Positions 12,860 through 26,427 are shown, counted from the stretch's first letter. The stretch: 64,000 nucleotides of DNA from Carcharhinus longimanus (GCA_030264375.1 JASCQW010000119.1:10523346-10587345), one strand, 5' to 3'. Notes: generated by a model from the letters alone, not told the origin. Numbers and translations are program-made.

Positions 12860-13200
12860 ACGGCACGATAGCACAGTGGTTAGCACTGCTGCTTCCCAGC
12901 TCCAGGGACCTGGGTTCGATTCCCATCTCGGGTCACTGTCTGTGTGGAGTTTGCACATTCTCCTCGTGTCTGGTGGGTTTCCTCCGGCTGCTTTGTTTTC
13001 CTCTCATAGTCCAAAGATGTTTGGATTAGGTTGATTGGCCATGTTAAAATTGTCCCTTCGTGTACTAAGATGCTTAGGTTAGAGGGATTAGCGGGTAAAA
13101 TGTGTAGGGATATGGGGGTAGGGCCTGGGTGGGATTGTGGTCCCAGCAGACTCGATGAGCCGAAGGGTCTGTTTCTGCACTGTAGGATTCTATGATGATT
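12860..13200 (+). mobile_element. Near full-length HE1-like SINE
   Basis: A-box/B-box head ggcacgatagcacagtggttagcactgctgc...gggttcgattccc, and CR1-type tail ctgcactgtaggattctatgat. Confidence 0.92.
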
Positions 13201-13319
13201 CAAGTCGGTAGTATTGAAAAATTGACTCCTATTATAAAATAGAACGTAGAATTACATATATGAAAATTGCGTGGGAGTAAGTTCTACACGATGTCCCATC
13301 ATCTCCAATGTTTGCTTCA

Positions 13320-13780
13320 TCGTATAGTGCATTATCTCGTAATTACCGTGTGCTCTCCACATCCCTTGAATCTCTTGCATTTCATATATCTATCAAAGTC
13401 AGCCTTGAGTATACACAATGTAATGTTTATCAGCACATCATCTGAAAAAAAACACAATCCATCACTACTTTCAGACGAAATTGAAATCCCCCCATTCAAA
13501 TGATTCGTCGTGTTTTTAAGCGGCTGACAAATGTTCTAAATTCCAACAGGAAGGAAAACATATGTTTTGCACTTGCACTTTGCAACTTCAAACTTCGATG
13601 GAAAAATAATGCAAACAAGATAATATGCCGTAGGTTTCATTAAGAACACTTGTCGTTGTTATAAACGTCAAAGAGTATAATTCCAAATAGTTCAAAATGT
13701 TCTCCAAAAACAATTTATCATACCGAGGAATAAGCTTATTTCATGTTTTCTGAAATAATTCCAATGAAAGATTAACCANN
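13320..13780 (-). mobile_element. Highly degraded CR1 3' region
   Basis: ctccacatcccttgaatctctt...atctatcaaagtcagccttgagtata resembles the reverse complement of a CR1 3' end. Confidence 0.45.
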
Positions 13781-14134
13781 NNNNNNNNGGAAGATGGGAA
13801 AGAAATACGTTCAAAAATTCAAGTTGTTGAACAAATAGCACAACATGGTGTTATATTAATATGTTAGTATTGAAGAACGAAGACCTCAGGTTGGGAAGAG
13901 GACATTCATCTCCATGAAACTGATCTGCTATTCCAGAGAATTGAGCTCGCTCATGATGTGGCTGCAACTCAGGTTGTCTCACTTTCACCTGTAATCATTT
14001 CCTTCTTTGTCGATCAGAAGGCTTTCATGGTCTTNNNNNNNNNNNNNNNNNNNNNNNNNNNNNNNNNNNNNNNNNNNNNNNNNNNNNNNNNNNNNNNNNN
14101 NNNNNNNNNNNNNNNNNNNNNNNNNNNNNNNNNN

Positions 14135-14940
14135 CTTGGGCTTAGAAATAGCAGACGGAGGTTAATCCTCACAAATGCAAGGTGAAACATTTCGGAGGAT
14201 CAAAGTTAATTATGAATTTTAGTGTAACATTAACATCCAGAGGAATATGGGTACATATGTCCACAGTTGTCTAAATTTGGCAAAACATGCGCCTAGGGTG
14301 AAGAAGGAGGCATATGGCATGATTGCCTTCATGAGCCGAGGCATTTAGTAGAGGGTTGGAAAATCATGTTGCAGCTATATAAAATATTTATGTGAGCACG
14401 TTTGCAACATTGCGTTCATTTTTGGTCACCACACTACCGGAGGGAGTAGAAGCTTTGGTGACAGTGCAGCCAAAGTTCACAAGGATGTAGCCATATCTCG
14501 AGGGTGTTGGTTATCGGGAGAGATTCAATAAATTAGGGTTGTTGTCACTAAAAAAAAAGATGGAGACTGTTGGGAGACTAAATAGTGGTCTACAGAATTA
14601 TGAGAGGCATAGGTAGAGTGGAAAATCAAATACTTTTTCCAAAGGTGGAACGATCAATTACAAGTGGCACAAGTTCAGACTGAGGGGGGCAGTCCAAAGG
14701 AGATGTGTGGGAGAAAATTCTCACCCAGAGAGTGGGGGAGGGGGTGGTGCCTTGAAACACCTGCCAGATGAAGTGGTGGAAGCAGACACAACAGTAACAT
14801 TTAAGCGTCATCTTAATGGGCACATTAATAAGGAACAAATTGAGAGATGCTGATAGTATAAGGGAGTAGCTTTGTTTTAGTTCAGGCATCATGATCATCA
14901 CATGCTTCGGGGGATTTTTCCTGCGCTGTTGTTTTTATTT
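14135..14940 (+). mobile_element. Degraded CR1 LINE 3' fragment
   Basis: Remnants of the RT C-terminus (gtgaagaaggaggcatatggcatgattgccttcat; tggtcaccacactaccgg; ttctcacccagagagtgg). Confidence 0.8.
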
Positions 14941-16384
14941 GTTTGTTCATTGTGTCTATCGAATGCAGTCATTTTAAAGGGAAGCAAAAATAAATACAGA
15001 TAAAACATAGAATCCAGTTACTAATATACTTAAGTGTCATTGTTACATTAGACCTTCGTGCATGGTACTCATTTATATTGCTATAATAAATGACCGTATT
15101 AATTGCTTACAGAGCGATTGGTTGGTACAATATACGATTATGCTTAATTTCCCGCATTATTCCAAATAAGTACACCACGTAGTACTGAATTTCAGGTTTT
15201 CCCTCAGATCTGCTGAGCACTGTGACAGATGAAATAGCACGCATTTTCACAGGTCTTGTGGAGTAAACATGCAAAAGCATTTTACAATATGACAGATGTT
15301 GTCTATCGAAGTACTTATAAAGCTGCAGTCGACCTATCAAAGTTGGTACATAATTTGCCTTGCAATATATTACATTAGAGTTGTTGCTTTCAAATCCGTG
15401 TCTAACTTCAAATTCTTGAGAAAACTTTAGAAGATTACAATTCAGACATTCATTATTTCTACAGAAAGTTATTAAAGACCGTAGATGCCATCCACTAGGG
15501 TCAAGATTAGAAAGACAGAAGCTGAATAAAATCAAAAGTCCGGCAACATCTTTGGACTGCGAAGCTGTGTTGTGTTTCCAGGGCATATGCCACAACTTCA
15601 GACGGACAAGGAGCGTCTCAATTTTTTTTTCCTGATATTTTTTCAATTGTATTATTAACTATTAATTTGACTAATTTTGCATTTTTTCCAAATTATTCAT
15701 TTCTGCTCTTGTTTTATACAAACGAAACCAATTGAATGTCCTTTGTTGTGATTACACGTGTCCAATTCATTACATAGACTGCGTACTTCCCATTTCTGAT
15801 ATTTGTATTTGTGGGAAGAACAATTCTTTTGACTGCATGTTCATTGATGTCTGTATTTGAAGGACATTTAACTGCCTGTTACACAATTGTATGCTTTGTC
15901 TCAGTATAAAACACGTTTTTTTCTTTGAAACGTTTTATGATCAACAGCTCATCTTCATGTTATTGGGAAACAAGTTATATTTCAGATTGATTGCATATTT
16001 AGCTAGCACAGTTTTCTATGCGTAAATAAAAAAAAACATTTTAAAAAGGGCATTTTTGTTGTGCGGGGAAAACATCAATCGTCTGCCAAAATATCTGTCA
16101 TAGTTTCCCTTTCAAATAAGTTTCATTCTACGTTTACCAACTTTTTGACTTGAAACATTAGATCCATACGCTGCCTTTACCTTCGCAATGAAAATCGAAG
16201 TTACATGTTATTGTCGATGTTGTCTGTATTTTTGCTAACATTTTAAACAATTGTCATCCCATTCCGCATTACCAGATCTGATTTATTATCTCTGCCCTTT
16301 ACGTCCATAAGGAATTCCACTAAGGATTACGTCTCGTGAATTGGTATCTCAGGTCATCTGTGCAAAATTGTTTTATCCAATAAA

Positions 16385-17068
16385 AGTAAAGGATTGGAGC
16401 GTGCCCGAGTATTGCCGTGGATAAGAACTGGGAGCTGTAGTCATGGACTTCCACACAGGCGGCTCAGGTCGAATGGCCGTTTTCTGCTGACCGAAGCAGC
16501 ACTGAAACTCGGCGTCTACCTAAGCGACTGAGCATTCCCCTTCAGGAACGTACTGCTCACCTCCGTAGAATGAGGAAGGGGCCAGAAAAAGTGCCCTAAA
16601 CATTGTCTGTTTCACTACACACTGGCCAGTTTACCGCGGCTGACGGGGATCCGATCTTGAGGTCGAATAAACAAAATAAATCACCAGGTGACACCACTCA
16701 CCATTGGCACGTGGAACGTGCGCACTCTATTGGACACCCTACAGCAGACAGACCAGAGAGAAGAACAGCCTTAGTTGCAAGAGAGCTCGCAAGATACAAC
16801 ATTGACATTGCAGCCTTGAGTGAAACTCGTCTTGCCAACGTAAGTCAGTTGGCTGAAACTGGAGGTGGATACACTTTTTTTCTGGAGCGGTCGCGGCAGC
16901 GATGAGCGTCGTGATGCTGGAAATTGGATTCGCCGTCAGGAGTCACCTTGCTCGGAAACTTGCTAGTCTACCTAAGGGTGTGAACGACCGGCATATGACA
17001 TTGCAGCTTCGGCTACAGAACAGAAGTCAAGCCACCCTGATAAGTGCCTATGCCCCCACAATGAACGA
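16385..17068 (+). mobile_element. RTE-clade LINE 5' portion (5'UTR plus AP-endonuclease N-terminus), frameshifted
   Basis: LTIGTWNVRTLLD / RPERRTALVARELARYNIDIAALSETRL / GGGYTFFWSGR / GFAVRSHL / TLISAYAPTM. Confidence 0.92.
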
Positions 17069-17863
17069 CATATTATTATATTTGTTACGATTTTGGTAGT
17101 TAGTAGAATTTGTCGTATGATTATTCTTAATTCAAATTTTAAATTGTCTTAAAATCTGTAATGGTAACAAATTCGATGACAGATATATGCTTCATTGATT
17201 TAGATAATAATATAAAACCTACGTGCAGAAGTTAATTAGATTTTTTTTAATTATTACGATAAATAATTACATTCTTAAATATATATGAAAATAAACGTCT
17301 CGAGCCATCAAAGCGATCGCTGCTAATGACTGTCAGATTGATTTGCATGTTTTCAACTCATTGAAGTATTTCTTTTTCGAATACAAGTTCAATTCAAATA
17401 GTGTTTTGGACGCTTTTAGTCACTTATGGATAGCAGTGGACTAGGTTCCATCATGCTATTTAAAGATGAAGCAGCAGTCATCTTGCTTGCAGGACTGCAA
17501 TGACAACGTCAGTTTGATTTAAAATTGCAGTCGCTGTAGATTGAAATTTTATTTTTATTGTTGTAAATTTATTGGGAACAGAACTTGCAACATTACTATT
17601 ATTTATTCAAATTTAAAATTGCAATGATGATTAGATGTCAAAATAGCGTATGCTGACAAATTCGACATACGTATTCCTATTCTTCATGGGCGTAGTATTA
17701 ATGTTAAAATGTAAGTGCAGAAGATAACTGGAATTAATTAATGATAATGTCATATTCATATCTATCGATAACAAAAACTGTCAATGAGAAATGAACATTA
17801 TTTCAAAAAGAATTATTTATAAATATGATTTTGTCATGAACTTATTATTGCATTTTCTAATAG

Positions 17864-17890
17864 ATGAACAGTTAAGCGAAATGATCAAAG
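17864..17890 (+). CDS. Microexon 7 (27 nt), HEQLSEMIK
   Basis: ttgcattttctaatag|ATGAACAGTTAAGCGAAATGATCAAAG|gtattg. Confidence 0.85.
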
Positions 17891-17904
17891 GTATTGGTTT
17901 TAAT

Positions 17905-17905
17905 G

Positions 17906-17938
<33 letters not shown>
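17905..17938. repeat. (TA)n microsatellite just downstream of the microexon 7 donor
   Basis: gtatatgtatatatatatatatatatatatatatt. Confidence 0.9.
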
Positions 17939-18899
17939 TCATCAGTTTCCTCTCCTGTGCTAAATTCCAAGTAGCAGGAATATATTCAATCTGAAAGTGA
18001 TAACATTGTGTCCTTTGTCATTACTGTAGAGCCTGAAACGTGCTCGACATTTGTGAAAATGGAACAGGCAGCTGATATGTCTTTTCAAAACATAATACAT
18101 CATGATTCGAATGTTCATTTCGTTGCTGGCTGAATATTGCATGAATAGAAAGCGACATTACAACTGTAAATGAAACATCAACAAAAAAGCAANNNNNNNN
18201 NNNNNNNNNNNNNNNNNNNNNNNNNNNNNNNNNNNNNNNNNNNNNNNNNNNNNNNNNNNNNNNNNNNNNNNNNNNNNNNNNNNNNNNNNNNNNNNNNNNN
18301 NNNNNNNNNNNNNNNNNNNNNNNNNNNNNNNNNNNNNNNNNNNNNNNNNNNNNNNNNNNNNNNNNNNNNNNNNNNNNNNNNNNNNNNNNNNNNNNNNNNN
18401 NNNNNNNNNNNNNNNNNNNNNNNNNNNNNNNNNNNNNNNNNNNNNNNNNNNNNNNNNNATAGTCACCACTTTTCACAGCAAATGCAAAATATGTGACAAC
18501 AGGATATAACAGTAAGACAAAGTTTCATTAGAAATAATTGTGGGGTCTCAGCTCGTGATATATGAGCATTTAAAGTATAGGTGTTCTCCTTATGTTGCAT
18601 GGAAAATGAGCTGCAAAATTCGTCAAGAAGACAAAAATACTGAAATGAAGAGTGAGTCAGGAGCTTATTAAGGAAAACATTCACGCAAATTGATGAATGC
18701 TGAGAAATGGTAAAGGACTGATGATGGTTGCATGAAAATGCCAACGTTGAAAACAACTGACGATGATCTACTGAACAGGAAAATCCATCAGGGAAAAGGT
18801 CAGAGGAAGATGAAATATATCATTCTTCTAAGCGAGTGGCATAAAGAGTGGCCATACAATGATTACTTCGCAATCAGTGGAGAATTCTCACGGAGGACG

Positions 18900-19780
18900 G
18901 AGAGACTGAGTGCATACGTGAACGATTTGATGAAGGCAACAAAATAAAAACGAGGCAGAGTATCACTGAATGTTGATTCATCTACATAATACTTTTGGAG
19001 GCAAGATGTGCTCAAAAATGAAGGTGAGCCTAAACAAAAGTGTGACTAGTGAGAGAAGGTAATTAAGACACATGTGAGTGTACATTCATGTGTAAAGTTA
19101 AACCATTATCTTTCTCCAGTAATGGAAGTCAGAGTCACTCATGAATGGGCATAATTTCGGTTAGTAAAGAAGGCAAACGCCATGATTGCATTTATTGTTC
19201 GCAGCTTTGAGTGCAAGGGTTCGAATGTCATGTTGTAACTTTACAACATTTTGATTTGACCTTTAGGAGTGTTCAATCAATTCTTATCACCACATTACAG
19301 GATGAATGTGAAGGCTACGAAGTGGGTGCAGAATATGTTCACTAGAATACTCATTGGTGTAGACGGTATGGGTTACATAAAAGAGTAGGGCAAACTGAGG
19401 CTGTTTTCTCTTGATTGGCGGAGGCTGAAGGAAAGCTTGACATCAGTCTATGCAATTATGATAGGCGTGCATAGGGTTGACAGTCAAAATCTTTAATGGG
19501 ACATTGATGAAAGTGAGAGAGAGAGAGAGAAATAATCAAAAGAGATGTGAAGGGCAAGTTATTTTGCACAGTGCAATAGGGACCTGGATCGGGTTCGGTG
19601 GTATATGGAGATAAGTGAGGGGCGTTTAAAAGACGTTTAAATAAGCACGTGCATAAGAAGAAGTAGACAAATATGAACAAGCAGAAGACGGAGGGGAATA
19701 GTTTAATTTGGCGTCCTGTTCTACAAGACATTGAGAGCTGAAACATCAATTTTGGTGCTGAACAATCCTAAGTTCTTTGT
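18900..19780 (+). mobile_element. Highly degraded CR1 LINE fragment
   Basis: gtaaagaaggcaaacgccatgattgcatttatt...tcaccacattacaggatgaatgtgaaggct...ggcggaggctgaagg; homologous to the CR1 copies at 14135 and 49500. Confidence 0.7.
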
Positions 19781-20230
19781 TTACGTTGATCCAGATCTGT
19801 TGTAATCCTGTAAACACTGCCTATTGAACGGTATCTCGGATACCGGCAAAATCCGCATTTGACAGAATCATTGGGCGCCGATGGTATTGGAATGTCTTCA
19901 ACGAAGTTTCCATTATTGCCTGGTTGAAACCCCATTGCATTACTGGGGCGAGCCGAGTACGACCATACCTCAACATCTGGCTTCCAGGAATCTCGTTTTC
20001 ACATCGCCTGATAGTTAAGACAGTTCGTTTAAACACTACACATCCATCATCACGCCCCCACCCCCTCCGCCCCCTACGGAACTCTTCACTATTTACTCTA
20101 AAGGCCATCGGAAAGAGAATATCCAGCCGATTTGTTGTTGTACGGAAATATTGCCTGCAGTGAATATTGTCTAATTTAAATGAAAAACTGCTTCAATAAT
20201 CAATGATTTTCAATCAATTGTATGCCACAG

Positions 20231-20266
20231 AAATGCAATATTTGAAAAACCAACTTGAAACTAAAG
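20231..20266 (+). CDS. Microexon 8 (36 nt), EMQYLKNQLETK
   Basis: ttgtatgccacag|AAATGCAATATTTGAAAAACCAACTTGAAACTAAAG|gtaact. Confidence 0.85.
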
Positions 20267-23019
20267 GTAACTGTTACAAATAAGCATTTTCTTCTCGTTC
20301 GCTTTGTAGGGATTAATACTATTACACACAAACACGCATTCACAAACAAACGCACACAGATATGTACAAAATACAATAAATGTATATCTGACATTTGAAA
20401 ATTTGCCGCTTGTGATTGGAAGACGGATCATGATAGCGATCAACACACAATACAACATGACTATTGCACGAAGGTAGACTCAAATGAAGCAGAGTATCTG
20501 CATTGAATTATATTTGTAACTACGCGATTTTTCTGTAAAGGAAGTTAGGCTAACCGTCAATGAGACTGTCAATATCGTGAAGGTAAGTGAAAAAGGCACA
20601 GTTGTGACAGATTTTGGGATATAATGCCAACGCAGTTGCAGAAAGCCGGAATAATGAACAACAGGGAATGTGCTTCGTTGCCGTTTTGGAATAATGGTAG
20701 ATTTCAGGGTAGTTCAGATATGTTAAAAAAGGCAAAGGTGATGCTATTGCAAACATATGCCCTTTATGAGTTTTCATTTCCACATTTGAACTGAAGGTAC
20801 TTAAATCCATAAATTGCCTTGAAGCATGAATGTATTATTAATATATGTTCCGCTCATTCGGCAGCCGCTCGGCATCGTGTACGACATGCCTTGACGCACA
20901 TGGAGGTTGTTATTATTTAAGGTGCTGTTCAGATGTTATTGTTTATTGTTTAATTTGCACCCAACACTCCTTGTCAACGGTAGGCGACGGAACGGGTGGC
21001 TGGGTTGTTACTTGTTCCTCTCATTGTCATTGTTGGCTCCCGTTTGCAGCTCTCTGTGGTTATAAAGCATTGGTTTATTATGAATGATTTTCCTTCATTG
21101 TTGGACAAAGAATTTCCAGTTGACGGGACAGGTGTTGCACTTATAAAAGGATGTATTACTGGGTAAGATGAGATGAAGCGTTATGAGGCAATGGATTATT
21201 CCACGATCTAAGTCCTTTAGATGGCAACATAGATGCAGGGAACCTAGATGTGATTAAGGTCTTATTTTGATTCAATATCCCAAAAGTAGTTGCAAACAGC
21301 ATGATGTTCCTTCAGCTAGTGTTCCTCTACCTGCTGTGTCTCGCGTAGCATAGCACTGTAAACGTAGTAACGCCTGAAATCACGGGCGATCATCTTGGTG
21401 CTCTCTTTTGGTCTGTCGCTGCTCCAGTTCCAATCTTCGCTATAATTAGTGGAAGCTGATTGTGCGTGTATCATTTTAGGAAGTAGTTGTTGTGGTACGG
21501 TACATACTGCATGGACATCGTGCAGCAAGGCGTTGGCTCAGTTGCAAGTGGATGCAAGATGATTGGATATCACATTCCGTTGTATGGACCTACAACACGT
21601 CGCAACTTCCATATACATATGTAACATTGTCCTACCAGACCTTGCGAGTTCTAAATTTTCCATATCATCGGGTTTTTCGAATGAGGAAAACAGTTCGAAA
21701 AAAATGATCCATCATGTTTTCTCAGACATATCTCAAGAGTGCATTTTCAGTTACTGCCCATGACTTTAAATTTATTCTAAAACATCCCTGAAACTTTCAC
21801 TTTTTGGGGAAAAAAAGTGTTCAACCTTCTGCTTTAATCAATGGAACCGAACATATTAATTCCAGTCATCGTTAAAATAAATTCCATCTTAAAGGCCTTT
21901 TAGAAGTACTTCTGAAATGTGATGTTCAAGAGTGTACACGAAAGCCATATCAAATCAAACAACGTTACGTTTTGCTGCTTGCTTAACATCTTCACAAGAT
22001 AAGTGTTACATTTCAATTGCAAGTGAACAAAATAATAAAGTTAATACATGCAATGCTTCAAATATTGCAAAGTGAATGCACTTTTTCACTTATCGGTTGC
22101 ACAACTTTCTCGCTGACACTTATTCTTTTGCATCAAGATCAGTTGCCAACTTACACATTGTTTTTTCATCTGTGCAAATAGTGTCATCTTTTAAGCAAAG
22201 TCACCCTAATCTCGAGACTGCAGCAAGACCATATAGATTCAAACGGAATTGTGGGCCCGTCAATTCTCTGATTCAAGCCAACTGTGTCAGGGTAAAGCAT
22301 ACACAATTGACGAAGAAGTGGGGTTTCCTCTCCGGCATGCAGTCCGGCTCTCAAAGCGACTCGTGAGACGCACAATCATGTACTCTGAGAGAAATGTTCC
22401 AATCTCCTTCAATCAGTCAAGGAAACAATGATTTTTTTTGTTTGTTTCAGGAGTACCTCGGCCATTTTCTTATCATTAGACTCTGCCATGCGTCCTTAAT
22501 AATTACAAAACATTGGAATATTTGCAAAACTGTATATGTTGTTATCGGTTTTATCGAATATGTTGCAAGCCAAAACAACGTAGAATGCTCAATTTTGGAA
22601 ACATGCATACGTATGTAAAATCATTGAACATGATTTGGCCATTGAGGCCAATTCACTCTAATTTGAGGGAGAAATATTTGTTTTATATCACAGAAGACCG
22701 AACATCGAGGCATCATTTTTAATGTATTTCTTATCAGTTTACCGTGCTCAAAAGAGAAATGGTGCTGTGCATTCATGATAGAATTAATACTGTTGGTGCT
22801 GACATGGGAAATTAATTCTTCCAACTAGCATCAGATATATCATTCTTTACGTCAGGGAGTGCCATTACAGAAGTGCCTGGCTCAAATTGCACTTAAGTGC
22901 ATTATGGCAAAGTCATTCTCAAAGCAATAGAAACACGAATATCAATTACAGTTAATCTCTTATTGCGATTAGCCAACCACTCAAAAACGAAGGGCATAAT
23001 CTATGTTACTTAATAAAAT

Positions 23020-23150
23020 AATGGAATCAAAGTTTATGGAGGTAAACAGCAGGGTTAGGCTATTGAGTTAATGATCAGCCATAGTTCGAATGGCGGAACA
23101 GATTCGAAAGGTCAAATGGCAGCCTCCTGAACCATTCCTCTATGTTTCTG
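23020..23150 (+). mobile_element. CR1 3' tail
   Basis: ggaatcaaagtttatgga...gatcagccatagttcgaatggcggaacagattcgaaaggtcaaatggc...tctatgtttct. Confidence 0.75.
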
Positions 23151-23421
23151 ATCGCATCAACCTTGCAACAAAATTACACAATGGTCAATTCCTTAAAGCA
23201 TTCTCTGATAGACCTAGCATAAAATCAGTGTGCACAGTAGTTTATTGATTGATTTTTATTTTCAGTATCATAGGGCCTCAAGCAGAATCTCCCTAATGTT
23301 CTGACATGTTGACGTTTGACCAATATATGCATCGTCTATGTCGTTAAATGCTTCTACACATTGACCCTTACACATATATCTTATGTATGTTATCTATTGT
23401 CGTTAATGTTCTTTCTTATAG

Positions 23422-23448
23422 AAGAACGATTGATGGCTCAAAGCAATG
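23422..23448 (+). CDS. Microexon 9 (27 nt), EERLMAQSN
   Basis: gttctttcttatag|AAGAACGATTGATGGCTCAAAGCAATG|gtatgt. Confidence 0.88.
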
Positions 23449-23687
23449 GTATGTATTTGTCAATGATTGTATGTAAATAACTACGCATCGGGAATGCAGA
23501 AAGCCTGTTTATGAAGCTAATACCATAACCGAACTACTGTCGTGTTTTGAGTTTCGACAAGTACAAAAAGAATGAGTGCAGCGGCCGAAAACATAGGACG
23601 GCATGGGATTTTTTTTTAAATATGGGCTAATTCACGACTTGTAAAAATGTTGAAGAACTTAAGTTAGTTAACAAGTCAGAGGTTACA

Positions 23688-23714
23688 TATATATATTATA
23701 TATATATATATATA
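23688..23714. repeat. (TA)n microsatellite
   Basis: atatatatattatatatatatatatata. Confidence 0.85.
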
Positions 23715-25359
23715 GGGAGCTGAATGGGCTGATACACAGACGGCTGCATTATTTTGTGAACTTGGCAAAGTAAGCTGAAGGCAGACGGAACGAAAAGTTC
23801 AACTCGACGATCTAGTCTTCATTGTTCAATATGATCCTAACCATTCCAAATCTACTTTAGTCTCACCAATTACTCAATTTTGGATTTGATTTGGCATTCC
23901 CCTTAGCAAACAACATGTTGGTTTATTAGAGAAGCGTACACATAGCGCTTTTCAATAAAAAAAATTCCAAGACTGATGGTGTCAGATGGGATGTGACATA
24001 TTTGTTCTTTCAGATTTGCAGACAAAGTTTTGTTGTTGTTGTTGTTGTGATCACTTGTTCTGCAAATCAAAGAGGGAAATCAAGCTTTTCATTCTATGGC
24101 ATGTCCCACAAAATTCACAACACAGTTTGCTTCTAATACAAAGCTCTCTTTAAGTTATTTCACTCAACAGGATGACTTCCACTGCGTTGTTTGCTTCATA
24201 CACCTGCAAAATGTAACAAATGCACAACAGTTGTAGCAGATGATGGTTTATCATGGAAAAAAAAATCGGTCGGCCATCAGCTGAGGAAAAAATCTGTTCA
24301 AACACAATAAAAAAAATCCAGTGGTTTAACAGTTACCTGTAAAAATGAAGTAATGTGGTTGTCTATGTTCAATCATGCTGGTTGAATGTTTGTGCATAAG
24401 CGGCTATTGTGGGCACCCTGCTGGGTCCAAAAATGGTCAGGAACTAGCCCAGTAAGCTTTCAAATTTTCGGAATCACATGGCCAGAGCTGGGATGGCTGA
24501 GGGGTGGAAATGTCCACTCAAAATTCCACGGTTTTTGGACCATGTACTGGTACACATAATAAGTATCTACGTATATGCAGAATGTGGTTAGCAGGTAAAT
24601 TGATGTTTTCCCACACAACACATTCGGCCTTGCCTTGCCCAATCAAAGTTCAGCATTTCGCCATGACTTCCAATGTCATCCTCTGTTATCGAGCCATCAC
24701 CATGAGCATTCTTGGATTTGCAACATAAATGGACCAAACTGTCTGAAGTGAAAGGATCGGCTCCTAAACTTCTGCGTGTAGTTATTCTGTTCCTAATTTG
24801 ACAAATGCTGTCCACCATTCGCACAAAGAGTAAATAATAAGGGCATATTCAGGAAAGCACAATGTTCTTGAAACCAGTTTGTGCAAAGCAAGAAACTTAC
24901 CCCTGAGCTCAACCACCAGGTTAAGCATACTGTCCTCAAAACAACCATGTACAATTTGTTCTTCCACTGCCAATAAAAAAGGCGCATTGCCGCAATCCGC
25001 CAAGCATTCATCGGGATAGTATTCCATAGACTCAAACTCTACCACCTTTTATGATAATGTAAACAAAGACATTGAAAAAAACCTCCATTTGCATGTTCAT
25101 CTTCGAAAGATACGTCTCGAACCGTGTGCCAGCTGTTGTTTTCGCAAATTCAAAACTATAAATTGCACTTATTGAAATTTTCGTCATGACCCACAATGAT
25201 GCGAATTGAAGAACTCAGGCAGCGTCATTGTGTTTTATTTTTAAGTTTCTTTACAAAGGTTTCATTATAAACATGGCATTACCAATGCAATTAAGTTATT
25301 CCGAACGTCCGCCAGTCGTCACCTCCAACGTCTGTTCTTACAGACGAAATAAACATTAG

Positions 25360-25540
25360 TTTGCAGACTTCACTGAAACCGCACATCTTTCGGACTGGAA
25401 GGCAATTGGAACAATTGGAGAAAACGCATGTTACACGGGACAAACGTGCAGATCCCGCGCTGACAGGGATCCAGGTCGCAAATTGAACCGCGTTCCCTGG
25501 CGCTGTGAGGCAGAAATGCAAGCCACTCTGCCACCCTGCC
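25360..25540 (-). mobile_element. Degraded HE1-like SINE head
   Basis: gcacatctttcggactgg...aattgaaccgcgttccctggcgctgtgaggcag. Confidence 0.7.
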
Positions 25541-25673
25541 ATCACTGTGCCGCGACCGTGAAACGGCACACTTTTATTGTACCGGCTGCAATCTTTTTTT
25601 TTAACATGCAGCGATCACTTCCTCCATTTAGTCTTGCAACCAGATGTCACATGGACTCTTTTTTTGTCCACAG

Positions 25674-25709
25674 AAATCGAGAAACTGAAAACAGATGTGG
25701 AAGATAATC
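25674..25709 (+). CDS. Microexon 10 (36 nt), EIEKLKTDVEDN
   Basis: ctctttttttgtccacag|AAATCGAGAAACTGAAAACAGATGTGGAAGATAATC|gtaagt. Confidence 0.9.
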
Positions 25710-26400
25710 GTAAGTGATAAACTGTGAAGAAAATCACACTGATTAGTCACGATGATCTACTTACATTTTCATTCACGTCATTATGTAATCATATATATAA
25801 AATAAAGCACAAACAACGCAGGCCACATGGTGTGCTGTATTGTGATTCATATTGTGCTTGAACTCCCTCCCACAACATGTCTTCTTAACGCAATAGCATC
25901 TCTTGAATGACTGCAGCAAAGGAAAACTGCATGAAGTGTCAGGAAAGTGAAAAATTGGCTCACCTTATTAATTGACAGTGGAAGTTCATTCGAACGGAAA
26001 CATCTATCCCTTTTTGTTCTCAGGTTTAAATCCGGTATGACAAAATAGCATAGAATAGTTACTTATTTTTAGAGGGTATCAGTTCCTATAATTCACTCTT
26101 CCTCGAGCATTACTTATTTTTCTTCCTTTTCGATGTTTAAGCAGTACACGATTGAACTAGAAATAAGAAGGGCTTTTTTCCGTGACATAGCTATATTTAA
26201 ATTACAATGTTGCTGATCGACGAATTGTTCGGATGTACTCGTCTTTGCTGCCCTCATATTAATGCCACTGAATATGTGAGCTGTTGGCCTAGTGACGAAC
26301 AACGATTAATGTTCTGCTTTACATCCAGAGATACGGGTCTGCATGTCAGTTAGTGAAAAATGCATCTTGTAAAGTTAAAGAAATTTATGTTTTTTTTTAG

Positions 26401-26427
26401 AATTTGCGTTGACAAGTTATCAAAGCG
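26401..26427 (+). CDS. Microexon 11 (27 nt), QFALTSYQS
   Basis: tgtttttttttag|AATTTGCGTTGACAAGTTATCAAAGCG|gtaagt. Confidence 0.85.

Noticed and set aside
15107-15646. 179-aa minus-strand ORF, and a plus-strand acceptor at ~15464 giving xSY*
   Set aside because: The ORF has no recognisable domain or splice context. The microexon array continues in pattern downstream, so this is not needed as a terminal exon.
20541-20582. 42-nt candidate exon EVRLTVNETVNIVK with a strong donor, reminiscent of an Ig G strand
   Set aside because: Open in phase 0 but stopped in phase 1, so incompatible with the array, and there is no Ig domain upstream in frame.
24012-24068. 10-bp inverted repeat gatttgcaga/tctgcaaatc around a (TTG)n tract, considered as a pre-miRNA
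   Set aside because: The stem is too short and the loop is a microsatellite.
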